From: Mustelus asterias
Taxonomy: Eukaryota
Direction: 5' to 3'
Length of the DNA stretch: 64,000 nt
Assembly: GCF_964213995.1 (NCBI RefSeq)
Contig: NW_027590142.1
Coordinates: 992,001 to 1,056,000, forward strand
The notes beneath the pieces were generated by a model. That model had not been told where the DNA came from. It was given only the letters and a program-made list of their open reading frames with translations, and made no database searches. Below, piece by piece: positions 37,741 through 49,398 of this stretch (positions are counted from its first letter, which is position 1; each line of letters starts with the position of its first letter). A program made the position numbers and the translations under genes.

Positions 37741-38566
37741 GTTGGCTGCATCAGCATCTATTCCCATAACTCATTGCCCTTGAACTGAGTGGCTTGCATT
37801 GCTGGGGGATGTGGTAATTTCCTTCTTTAAAGGACATTATTCAATCAGATGGATTTTTACAACAATTGTCATCAACGGACTTCTAATTCTCGATTTTTAC
37901 TGAATTCAAATTTCTTCATTTGCCACTGTGGGATTCGAACCCAGGGTTCACAGTGCATTGCCCTGGATCCCTGTATTACTAATACAATAACACTATCGCG
38001 ACACCATTGCCTCCCCATCCATGGTAAAGGAGTCATAATAGCCCGAGATCCATGGAATCAGAGCATGCTCTAAATTTAAATTAATGCTCACTAACACTCA
38101 CCTCAAAACAATTACACAGTTTTCACATTTTAAAATCTGCTGCAGCTGAAAAGATCTCATAGAGAGATTGGTGTCCAGGAAAAATGTTGCAATTTTTAAA
38201 TCTTCTCCCTGTAAATGAGGAAAGTTATAGGTGTAATTCAAGGTTAGAAATTCAAGACAGACAAACATTTCTTTTGGTCTGAGTTTGCTGTGAGTAAATC
38301 TTTCCCTTCTAACCCCCTGTAAAAGGAGTTTCCAAAATCCATCAGCATCTGTCCAGAACAGAAATTCAAAACATTCTCTCCTCCTTTAACCTGGCACAGA
38401 ATTATTTTAGCTGGGACAAAATTGCAGTGGAGGCAGTTCAGGGAAGATCCAGTTGGTTGATTCCTGAAATGAGGGGTTTTATCTTTCAGGTTGAGCAGTT
38501 TGGGCCTGTACTCTTTGGAGTTGTGAAGACTGAGAAGTAATCTTAATGAAACATCTGGGAATTTAA

Positions 38567-38860
38567 GGGCGGCATGGTGGCGAGCACTGCTGCCTCACAG
38601 CGCCAGGGTCCCCGGTTCAATTCCGGCCTTGGATCACTGTCTGTATGGAGTTTGCACATTCTCCCCATGTCTGCATGGGTTTCCTCCAGGTGTTCCGGTT
38701 TCCTCCCACAGTCCAAAGACTGTGGTCAGGTGGATTGGCTATGCTAAATTGACCCTAGTGTCAAATGCATGGGGTTGTGGGGATGGGGCCTGGGTGGGAT
38801 TGTGATCGGTACAGACTCAATGGCCAAATGGCCTCCTTCTGCACTGGGATTCTATGATTC
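38567..38860 (+). mobile_element. HE1 SINE
   Basis: Head, core and ttctatgattc tail. Confidence 0.88.
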
Positions 38861-39179
38861 ATATGATATAAGGTGCTTGACAAGGTAGATGCTGAGAGGA
38901 TGTTTCCTCTGGTGTGGAAATCAAGTAAAAATAAAGGATCCCAAATTTAAGATGAAGAGAGAACTTTTCTCTCAGCGGGTTGTTGATCTTTGGAACTCTG
39001 TCTTCACCAGTGAGGATTGGAGGCAGGTCATTGAATATATTCAAAGCTGACGTTTTGATCCACAAGAAAGTCAAGGGTATGGACGGGGTGGGGGAGCAAA
39101 GTAGACATGATCTTATTGAATGATGCAGCAGGCTCGATGGGCCGACTGACTGGCTCCTGTTCCGAATTCTTATTCCGAT

Positions 39180-39560
39180 GTTCTTGGATAGCTGCGCATG
39201 CGCCCTGCTACCTATTGTCCCTCTGAAGACAGAGGTTCTGAACCAGCCCCTGAAACCACGCCCATTGTGACCCGTCACAGACAGCAGCGCCTGCGCTCTC
39301 CTTCCCCGCTGAAACAAGATGGTGGCCGTTCACCGGGGCCTGTTCCCGGGATAAAAGCCTAGGAGCTGTAAACCCGAGACCTGCAGGGTCTTATTCGGGC
39401 CGTGCGGCCGACAGCGGGTGTTTGTGAAGCCATAGCTCGCTCCCTACCCCGACTCCCGGCTCCATTTCTTCCGCAGCCCCACCGACTCACCCACTGAAAA
39501 AAGCGTCTCCCGCACTCACAAGGCTCCGTGCAAAGTGACACTGCGCACGTTCCAGATATA
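39180..39560 (-). promoter_or_regulatory. CpG-rich promoter/first-exon region, probably of the 33.7-kb ZNF gene
   Basis: NRF1 site GCGCATGCGC (~39194), YY1-like CAAGATGGTGGC, minus-strand donor GTGAGTCGG at ~39490. Confidence 0.5.
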
Positions 39561-40536
39561 TGGGCTCCTGTGGAATGAATAGGACACTTTCACACCCGCA
39601 GGGGCACCTGGGAATTAACGGCGTCATTGTCAAAGACAATAATAGAAAATTATCTTGTGCAATTAAGATTAAATAATTTTTAAAAATGCATTCCTCGGAA
39701 TTTGTGCGCTGCCATTCTCTATTTCTAAAATTGATTTAAACCAGTGCTCTCCTGTGGGAATACCCCAAATTTTTAAATCTTTTCCCACTGGTTTCCTCCC
39801 CTCTCTCGACTCTCCCGAAGGTGCTCATACTGGTTGGGTAAATCCCAGAGAGACTGGTTTCTTTCACTTTCTTTCTCCTGATGCTGAATATTCTGTTTTA
39901 TGGAATGATACATCACAGATGGAAACCATTTGGCTCATCCTGCCCAGTCGGGCTGTCTTTAAGATCTATCCAATTAATCCACAACCATGCTGGCAGAGTG
40001 AGAACAATGTATATATAATACAGCAATATAGGAGATGAATGGAAAATGTTTTCCAGTTGCATACTTCTCAGACACACTCACCCCTGGAAAGATAAATTGT
40101 CCTGTGTACTAAGCAGATATTAAGGTTCCACTTAAAATTAAAACAGAAGGTGCTGGAAAAATGCAGCAGTCACCGGGGCTGAGTTTATGGTCAAAATGAT
40201 GATGCTGAGCTGCCGTTAGAAAATAACCAGCAATCCGACAAGCCACTCAAAATATTGATTCAAACAAAATTGATCAAAGATTGAGCCAAAGTATTCTGTT
40301 TTCCAACATGGTGCTATGATTTTTTGTGGTGATTTTAATGTTCTCACAATTACCTGGTGTAATCCGGGTTTATTTTATACTCATTCCAACCCATCGCTGT
40401 CCATGAAGCACATTACCCCCACTCTGATTCCCCATCCCATCAGAGACAGCTCAGTCACTGACTGGAAATTAGGGCTTTTAATGAGAGCTCTGACAACCGA
40501 GAATGCGCCGTAGGCAGAATCGACCCGAGCTCACAA

Positions 40537-42236
40537 ACCCCAGACAGTGAACATTATACCCCCCAGACCCGAATATAAAACAGTGAACATTATCCCCCAG
40601 ACCCGAATATAAAACTGTGAACATTATCCCCCCCAGACCCGGATATAAAACAGTGAACATTATCCTCCAGACCCGAATATAAAACAATGAACATTATCCC
40701 CCAGACCCGAATATAAAACAGTGAACATTATCCCCCACAGACCCGGATATAAAACAGTGAACCTTATCCTCCAGACCCGAATATAAAACAGTGAACATTA
40801 TCCCCTCGACCCGAATATAAAACAGTGAACATTATCCCCCCCAGACCCGAATATAAAACAGTGAACATTATCCCCTCGACCCAAATATAAAACAGTGAAC
40901 ATTATCCCCCAGACCCGAATATAAAACAGTGAACATTATCCCCTCGACCCAAATATAAAACAGTGAACATTATCCCCCAGACCTGAATATAAAACAGTGA
41001 ACATTATCCCCCAGACCTGAATATAAAACAGTGAACATTATCCCCTCGACCCGAATATAAAACAGTGAACATTATCCCCCAGACCCGAATATAAAACAGT
41101 GAACATTATCCCCTCGACCCAAATATAAAACAGTGAACATTATCCCCCAGACCTGAATATAAAACAGTGAACATTATCCCCCAGACCCGAATATAAAACA
41201 GTGAACATTATCCCCTCGACCCGAATATAAAACAGTGAACATTATCCCCTCGACCCGAATATAAAACAGTGAACATTATCCCCCAGACCCGAATATAAAA
41301 CAGTGAACATTATCCCCCCCAGACCCGAATATAAAACAGTGAACATTATCCCCCAGACCCGAATATAAAACAGTGAACAATATCCCCCCAGACCCGAATA
41401 TAAAACAGTGAACATTATCTCCAAGACCCGAATATAAAACAGTGAACATTATCCCCCAGACCTGAATATAAAACAGTGAACATTATCCCCCAGACCCGAA
41501 TATAAAACAGTGAACATTATCCCCTCGACCCGAATATAAAACAATGAACATTATCCCCTCCAGACCCGAATATAAAACAGTGAACATTATCCCCCAGACC
41601 CGAATATAAAACAGTGAACATTATCGCCCCCAGACCCGAATATAAAACAGTGAACATTATCCCCCAGACCCGAATATAAAACAGTGAACATTATCCCCTC
41701 GACCCGAATATAAAACAGTGAACATTATCCCCCAGACTCGAATATAAAACAGTGAACATTATCCCCCCCCGCCAGACCCGAATATAAAACAGTGAACATT
41801 ATCCCCCCAGACCCGAATATAAAACAGTGAACATTATCCCCCAGACCCGAATATAAAACAGTGAACATTATCCCCCAGACCCGAATATAAAACAGTGAAC
41901 ATTATCCCCCCCAGACCCGAATATAAAACAGTGAACATTATCCCCCCAGACCCGAATATAAAACAGTGAACATTATCCCCCCCAGACCCGAATATAAAAC
42001 AGTGAACATTATCCCCCCCAGACCCGAATATAAAACAGTGAACATTATCCCCCCCAGACCCGAATATAAAATAATGAACATTATCCCCCAGACCCAAATA
42101 TAAAACAGTGAACATTATCCCCCAGACCCGAGTATAAAACAGTGAACATTATCCCCCCCAGACCCGAATATAAAACAGTGAACATTATCCCTCAGACCCG
42201 AATATAAAACAGTGAACATTATCCCACCCAAGTGAA
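40537..42236. repeat. Minisatellite, ~33-37-bp unit agacccgaatataaaacagtgaacattat(c)n, roughly 50 copies
   Basis: Directly visible tandem array with a variable C-tract. Confidence 0.97.
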
Positions 42237-42722
42237 TACAAAATTGTCCTGATGGATTCAGACAGCATTATCACAATATTCCAAATGTGTTTTTTCCAGG
42301 AATAGATTCAGCGGCTGCTTCACTGGAGGCCAGAGATACTCTCCTCAAACTCGGCTCATGTGAGGAATCCCTCCAATGAGGCTCAGGAATGCTACAACCA
42401 GAGTCACGTGACCACCAAGTGTGTAACTGAACAAACTACCGCAACGTTGAAGATGTGTTTCAGTGTGAAATGATTTGCTTCACCTGTTGCTTCAGATTTG
42501 AGAGAAAATGTCCCTTTCTGGGGTAATTTGACCTTGACCCAGGCACTTTTCAGATCTGAAAGTGATGGCCTTTAGCACAATCACAAGGCTGCACAATACA
42601 GAGGGAACACTAATCTGTTTCATTCTGCGACTATGTCGTGGTTACACGAGTGATACTTTCCACTAATTAGCTGCCAGCACCAAAAAGGCATTCAGCCTCC
42701 AACACAAATGAGCAAGGCTGGG

Positions 42723-42960
42723 TATGAATATCTTTGATGTGGAGATGCCGGCGTTGGACTGGGGTAAACACAGTAAGAAGTCTAACAACACCAGGTTAAA
42801 GTCCAACAGGTTTATTTGGAAGCAAAAGCCACTAGCTTTCGGAACGCTGTTCCTTTGTCAGGCTCCCACCCACCTGACGAAAGCTAGTGGCTTTTGCTTC
42901 CAAATAAACCTGTTGGACTTTAACCTGGTGTTGTTAGACTTCTTACTATGAATATCTTTG
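42723..42960. mobile_element. Penelope-derived fold-back mini-element with 14-bp target duplication
   Basis: tatgaatatctttg at 42723-42736 and 42947-42960; inverted arms; damaged hammerheads at the apex. Confidence 0.88.
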
Positions 42961-43831
42961 CCAGTGCAGTGCTGGGTACTAGGCTGTACATCCCAGTGAG
43001 TGGCTGATAGAATAAAACAGCATGTTCCTTGATTTGGCAGAATAGGTAGTGATTTTTTTTGCAGCCGACACTCACAAAACCAAAAATACAATGTTTAATG
43101 TGATTACAGACTGGGCAGCACTTGCTGAACAATCCTGAGTGTGCCAATAGCTGCACTCATATTCAATTGAAGATAATCAGTCGAGTTCATAGTTACAGTT
43201 GTGAGAAGCAACTTACATTTATACGCAGCGATCCTTTCCCTGCAAACAAAAGGAGAATTTTCAAGCCTTGCACCTTTTATGAATTTCCCAGAAGCTTGAG
43301 AAACCTACAATCTTCTATTGATTTCTCCATGGTGATGCTTCAAGTCAATGACAGTCCACCAATTGTGATCATTTGAAATTTGGCATTCTTCTGTCCTGAT
43401 GAGTGCATGATGAAGAGATTCAGCAACAGGTCTCTCTTTTCAGCAATATTCAAGTTCAGTGCTAACAAGTATCTGTGCATTGTTTTATGTTCCTTGATAA
43501 TTAAATGTGATCGTGGAAGTGTCACTGTGAATAATGTGCAAGTCAGTAAGAATTGTCAGCATTTTCTAATTGGAAATCTTAAGCAGTGGAACCTTTCAGA
43601 CACTGAATTGTACAGTTTGCACCAAACATCAATTTAAGATTGCAGGAAAAGTTCATAAACTTATTATAAACAAGTTCTTGTTGAGAGTTCCTGAAATTAA
43701 AAAATCACAGATGGTGCTTTTAAAAAGGGACACAACAGCCCTGAAAATCAGTGACATCTCAGAATATTAAACTTCAGCCAGTTGTCGCGATTGTTAATGT
43801 CAGCAGAAACAAACCAAATATTGTCAGACTA

Positions 43832-44824
43832 TCAATCCTGGATGTGATTAACAGCTGCAGTAACTGCAAAATCCAACTCCTGCAGGCAATTGTGAACTTG
43901 CAGATGTGTCAGCAAGTGGGATGACCGAGTGTATCCCTTCCCACACACAGAGCAGGTGAATGGCCTCTCCCCAGTGTGGGTGAGCTCATGTAAATGCAGG
44001 CTGCCAGACTGAGCGTATCCCTTCCCACACATGGAGCAAGTGAATGGTCTCTCCCCAGTGTGAGTGTGTTGATGTGCAGTGAGGATTGATAACTGCCTGA
44101 AACTCTTTCCACACTATGTGCAAATAAATGGCTTCTCCTCAGTGTGAATTCGCTGATGTGACAGGAGGCCGGATGAATTGGTGAATTCCCTCCCACACGT
44201 GGAACAGGTGAACGGCCTTTCCCCAGTGTGAACTCGCTTGTGTGCACTGAGGTTTGATGAAGACCTGAACCTCTTTCCACAGGAAGTGCAGCTGAACAGT
44301 CTCTCCTCTGTGTGAACTCGCTGGTGTGACAGCAGGTTAGATGACAGAGTGAATCTCTTACCACACACAGAACAGGTGAATGGCTTCTCTCCTGTGTGAA
44401 TTCGCTGGTGTGACCAAAGACCGGATGGCCCAGCAAAATCCTTCCCACACAAGGAGCCGGTGAACGATCTCTCCCCAGTGTGAACTCGCTGATGTGCACT
44501 GAGGTTGGATGAACATGAGAACCCCTTTCCACAGGTGGAGCAGCTGAACGGCCTCTCCTCAGTGTGAATTCGCTGGTGTAACAGCAGGTGGGATGAGGTA
44601 GTGAATCCTTTCCCACACACAGAACAGATGAATGGCCTCTCTCCAGTGTGACTGTGTCTATGGTTTTCCAGCAAGTACGGATAATTGAATCCTTTACCAC
44701 AATCATCACATTTCCATGGTTTCTCCATTTTCCCAGCCCCAATGTGACCGTATCGATGGATTTCCAACCGGGATGGATAATTGAACCCTTTACCACAATC
44801 CTAACATTTCCACGGTTTGTCCAT
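43832..44824 (-). pseudogene. C2H2 zinc-finger gene with two in-frame TAG stops (possible truncated product 44728-44114)
   Basis: MDKPWKC*DC..., then MEKPW plus 7 fingers (one degenerate), TAG at 44114-44116, fingers continue in frame to 43832. Confidence 0.85.
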
Positions 44825-45788
44825 GGTGCTGGTGTCCTTCTGTCTCTCCAGGTTGGTTGATTAGTTGAAGCCTCATCCACATACAGACCACATGTATGGT
44901 TTCTCCCCACTGTGAATGGTGTGGTGTTTTTCAGGCTGTGTAACTGGTTAAAGCTCTATCCACAGTCAGTTCACTGGAGCGCTCTCACTTGGGTGTGTGT
45001 GTGTGTGTCTCAGTTCTTTTTCTGTCACATTGAATTTTGAAAATTTCTTCCACTGACAAAACAGGGAACTATTTCTCCCTCCACTGTCAAAAGCAATCAT
45101 AAGCAATCACTGTCAAAAGCAGGTCATGATGAATCGAATGTCTGTGAATCCTCCTCTTCTAGTTCCCTGCAAAAAGAGTTTTAAAAAACTACTTCAGAAC
45201 TGACAATTTCAGTTTCCACGAAACATTTCTCCATCTTATTTATCTTGAGCTGTAATCCCCATCCCACACACTCTCTCTTGTCCCTGAGCTGAAATCAAAC
45301 TCATTGCCCCATCTCCACTCTGAGCCCAGCTCCCTCCAGCTGGATTCAGTCCTCCAGACCATGTGCAGATTGAGAGTACAATCAAGGAGTCAATTATTTT
45401 CCTTCCAAGTCAGGGGACGTGCAGCCCCACTGACTCTGTTGTTACCACAATGGGCACATGTGCTCTGCTCACCAATGAAACACCACAGTGACCATTAACA
45501 TGGGCCTGTTCCGAGGAAAGGCTCCATTTTATTTGTGCCACAACAGCAGGGGAATTACCTCCTGCACAGGCACAAAGGTATCATCAGTCACAGAAAATAA
45601 TTGCAGCTGGTGTCTCAAACCTCATTTTACCATTTGCTCCCAGACATTCTCCATTCAATTTTGAAATGCAAACTGAAATCTGGCATTTTGTGGTAAATTA
45701 AAAACACATTCTCATGGTCATTTTCAGAATGACTATTCCCGAGAACTAATTCCCAAGTCAGTAAATTAAAATTCTCATCAGCAATGTA

Positions 45789-46118
45789 GGCAGCACAGTG
45801 GTTAGCACTGCTGCCTCACAGCTCCAGGGACCTGGGTTTGATTCCCAACTTGGGTCACTGTCTGTGTGGAGTCTGCCCGTTCTTCCCATGTCGGCGTGCG
45901 TTTTCTCTAGATGCTCCGGTTTCCTCCCATCATCCAAAGATGCGCCAGTTAGGTGCATTGGCCGTGCTAAATTGCCTCTTCGTGTCCTGGGATGAGTAGG
46001 TTAGAGGGATTAGCAGGTTACATATGTGGGGTTACGGGAACAGGGCCGAGGTGGGATTGTTGTTGGTGCAGACTCGATGGGCCGAATAACCTCCTTCAGC
46101 ACTGTAGGGATTCTATGA
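45789..46118 (+). mobile_element. HE1 SINE
   Basis: Head, core, tail gcactgtagggattctatga. Confidence 0.88.
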
Positions 46119-46559
46119 AATACTTTGGGAGAATTGCTATTTTAATGGGTATTTTCACAAATGCTATAAAATGATTTTTCAAAACAAATTAATATTTTCT
46201 TCAACAGATGATGAATAAATAAAACGTATTTAATAAAACAACCACTCACTGTGGGGTTCAGGATTCTAACTCGGGGTTTCTGAGCTCCAGGAACCACTAA
46301 CTGAACCAGCCAGGAATTGTCTCCACAAAACTTCCCCAACTCCCTCCCGGGAAAAAGCTGCAAACTCGGGAGCTGCAGCTTTTTACTGGGGGTGTTGGGG
46401 CCTCCAGCGGGTGTTTGTGAACCCTCCCCGCCCACCTCCCAGGGTTTCCTTCCTTCCCAGAGATCAGAGTCCTCATTGATTTGAGGCCAAAGTGTAACCT
46501 CTTATTTATTGTCCTCCTCCCCCATCCTCTGATGTGAACCATCCTCCAGTGGCTGAGCC

Positions 46560-47160
46560 AGGATGGGGCCGTTAACCTGGGCCTGTTCCCGGGAGGGAGG
46601 GAGAAGCCCCGCAGCTGCAAACCAGGGAGCTGACAATGATTCTGAAGGGTTTGCGGATCCACAAAGTGTTTCCAAATCCTCCCAGCCACCGCCTAACGCT
46701 GACTCCGCTTCTCCGGGACAAACAAGCGCCAAGGACAGCAATGACACTGCGCATGCTCCACATCACAATGCCCGGGGACTGATTGACGGCAGCTCCGGTC
46801 CAATAGGAAGAGGGGGCAGGACTGGGGGACCGAGCGGGAGCGGCTGGTCCTCCAACCAATCGGAGTGAACGAGGGGCGGGACCTGAAGCATGCGCAGTAC
46901 GGGTAATGGCGACGGACAGACGGATGGTTTTTACTCGGAAGCGAGATCAATACGAGGTAGAGGGCGGCGTGCGGGGAATCTTAAATGTGGCGGGTGGGTG
47001 GAGAGACTTTGTAAACATGTTGTTCAAACCCAAACCCCGGAAATGAACTTCCCGGTCCCCCCCTTTGTACCAAATGGAGCGGCAGCTTGTAGTGTTAGAC
47101 CCGGGCTGACTGCCGCCATTGAGGCTGCATGTGGGAGGCCGGCAGGGATTGTGATCGGAG
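46560..47160. promoter_or_regulatory. CpG-island, probably bidirectional, promoter upstream of the 44-kb ZNF
   Basis: Two CCAAT boxes, GC box, NRF1-like TGCGCATG and CATGCGCA; partly similar to 39.3-39.55 kb. Confidence 0.55.
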
Positions 47161-47170
47161 AGTGAAGCCC

Positions 47171-47335
47171 TGACGTCACAATGGAATGGGTGAGGGTGTG
47201 ACGTCACAATGGAATGGGTGAGTGTGACATCACAATGGAATGGGTGAGAGTGTGACATCACAATGGAATGGGTGCGAGTGTGATGTCACAATGGAATGGG
47301 TGATAGTGTGACGTCACAATGGAATGGGTGAGGGT
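47171..47335. repeat. Six-copy ~28-bp tandem repeat, each unit starting with a CRE/ATF-like octamer
   Basis: tgacgtcacaatggaatgggtgagggtg; octamers at 47171, 47199, 47225, 47253, 47281, 47309. Confidence 0.92.
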
Positions 47336-47382
47336 TCCAGATGAGCTGAGACTGGGCTGGAGTCGGGCGATGACACTGACAT

Positions 47383-47680
47383 GTGGCCCGGTGGCACAGT
47401 GGTTAGTGCAGCTGCCTAACAGCGCCAGGGACCCGGGTTCAATTCCAGCCTCGGGTCATTGTCTGTGCAGAGTTTCTACATTCTCCCCGTGTCTGTGTGG
47501 GTTTCCTCCGGGTGTTCCGGTTTCCTTCCACAGTCCAAAGATGTGCTGGTTCGACGGATTGGCCATGATAAATTGCCACTTGGTATCAGGGGGATTAACA
47601 GGTAAATATGTGGTTAGGGCCTGGATGGGATTGTTGTCGGTGCAGGCTCAATGGGCTGAATGGCCTCCTTCCACACTGTA
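47383..47680 (+). mobile_element. HE1 SINE
   Basis: Head and core motifs. Confidence 0.85.
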
Positions 47681-48023
47681 TTTTATTATTCATTATTGTT
47701 AATTAATTACTATTAATGCATCTATGAATGAAGGTGGTCTTGATGATGATGTGGACATGTGGCTGGAAGCTCATCTTGGGATGAACTATTTCACCCTGGT
47801 TGTGAACAGCCTGGTTCAGCCTCAGACAGTTGCCAGGAGGAGAGATAAAGTTGTTGGTGAGGGAGTGGAGTTTGTAGTGGGGACTGAACACAATGGGTTC
47901 AGTCTTCCCAGTATTTATATGAAATAAATTTCTGTTCTTTCAGTACTGGATGTCAGACAAGTCAGGATGGTGTATGAGTTGGAGAGGAACTTGGAGCTGA
48001 TGATGTTCACAGGGTTTGGAAAT

Positions 48024-48217
48024 TCATAGAAATCATAGAAACCCTACAGTGCAGAAGGAGGCCATTCGGCCCATCGAGTCTGCACCGACCACAATCCCAC
48101 CCAGGCCCTTCCCCCATATCCCTACATATTTTACCCACTAATCCCTCTAACCTACGCATCTCAGGACTCTAAGGGGCAATTTTTAGCATGGCCAATCAAC
48201 CTAACCCGCACATCTTT
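48024..48217 (-). mobile_element. HE1 SINE 3' half
   Basis: Reverse complement of the tail seen at 6580-6763. Confidence 0.85.
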
Positions 48218-48308
48218 GAATTCTGTCAAAGTTCCTGTTGATTTGTAGATGTATAAAATCTCTCTCCTCACCTCCGGCCTCTCCTACTTCTCTCTGTTTC
48301 CACTCAGA

Positions 48309-48698
48309 GTGTGGAGATGCCGGCGTTGGACTGGGGTAAGCACGGAAAGAAGTCTCACAACACCAGGTTAAAGTCCAACAGGTTTATTTGGTAGCATAAG
48401 CCACAGGCTTTTGGAGCGCTGCCCCTTCATCAGGTGAGTGGGAGTTCTGTTCACAAACAGGGCACAGAGACACAAACTCAATTTTCAAGATAATGGTTGG
48501 AATGCGAGTCTTTACAGGTATTCAAGTCTTAAAGGTACAGACAATGTGAGTGGAGAGAGGGTTAAGCACAGGTTAAAGAGATGTGTATTGTCTCTAGCCA
48601 GGACAGTTAGTGAGATTTTGCAAGTCCAGGCAAGTCGTGGGGGTTACAGATAGTGTGACATGAACCCAAGATCCCGGTTGAGGCCGTCCTCATGTGTG
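48309..48698 (-). mobile_element. Penelope-like element 3' end/pLTR
   Basis: Minus strand THEDGLNRDLGFMSHYL*, then pLTR with hammerhead CTGATGA...AAAA (GAAA mutated). Confidence 0.85.
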
Positions 48699-48924
48699 AT
48701 TGACAGATCCATGCTCACTGCTTCCTGCCCTGGACGCAGAGTGCTGAAACTTTCCATGCAGGCTGCCAGACAGATAAATGTCTACATTACTGGAGTAAAA
48801 ATGTGTGGAATATACAGATTCACTTCATTCCCTTCAGTTGCTGCAAGTCCCCAATTTCCCCCAGAATGAGGAAAGAAATGGAAAGGGGGAGAAAAGAAAA
48901 AGAAAAGAAAAGATGTTGCCCAGA

Positions 48925-49392
48925 GGCGGAAGTTTCACTCTGAAGCTTATTGGCCAACGTCCGCATTGTGACGCCACGATAGAGCGTCTGAATCAGCCAA
49001 TAGGAATCTCTCTGCTCCGCAGTGACGTCTCCGGGTTCCAGTGCGCAGGCCCGGGCGCGCGGACCCGGGAGCCCCGCCCCCACCCATTGTTCCCCTCCCC
49101 CTACACCACATCGAACCAAGGTTTCCAGGCACCGGCTGACGGCTCCGTCAGAGAAGCCGCTCGGGGATCTCCCCCTCTCCCCGGCCCGGGACTGCAAATG
49201 TGCGAGGGAGAGGGGAAGCTGCGCATGTGCGGGGGAGAACCCACCCTCTGATCTTCATGCTGAGGTGTTGACCAATGGGAAGAGTTGGAGGACCGGAAGG
49301 ACTCTGGTCTTCCACCCAATCAGAGCGCGGGCTTTGTGTGAATGAAGATTGATCTTCAGATAGACTGAAACTTCCTCCTGTCGCCAACATCT
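48925..49392 (+). promoter_or_regulatory. CpG-island promoter and non-coding exon 1 of the 53-kb ZNF gene (donor GTGAGT at 49393)
   Basis: ETS CGGAAGT, several CCAAT, TGACGT, GC box, GCGCATG; paralogous to 58800-59220. Confidence 0.65.
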
Positions 49393-49398
49393 GTGAGT

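Noticed and set aside
40537-42236. CRISPR-like array, or an array of RSSs (AACAGTG + 23 nt + ATAAAACAG in 5-C units)
   Set aside because: No unique spacers or cas genes; the heptamer lacks the essential CAC and the nonamer matches poorly
46906-46960. Possible first coding exon (ATGGCGACGGAC...GAG/GTAGAG) of a head-to-head gene
   Set aside because: Peptide not recognised and no downstream exons identifiable
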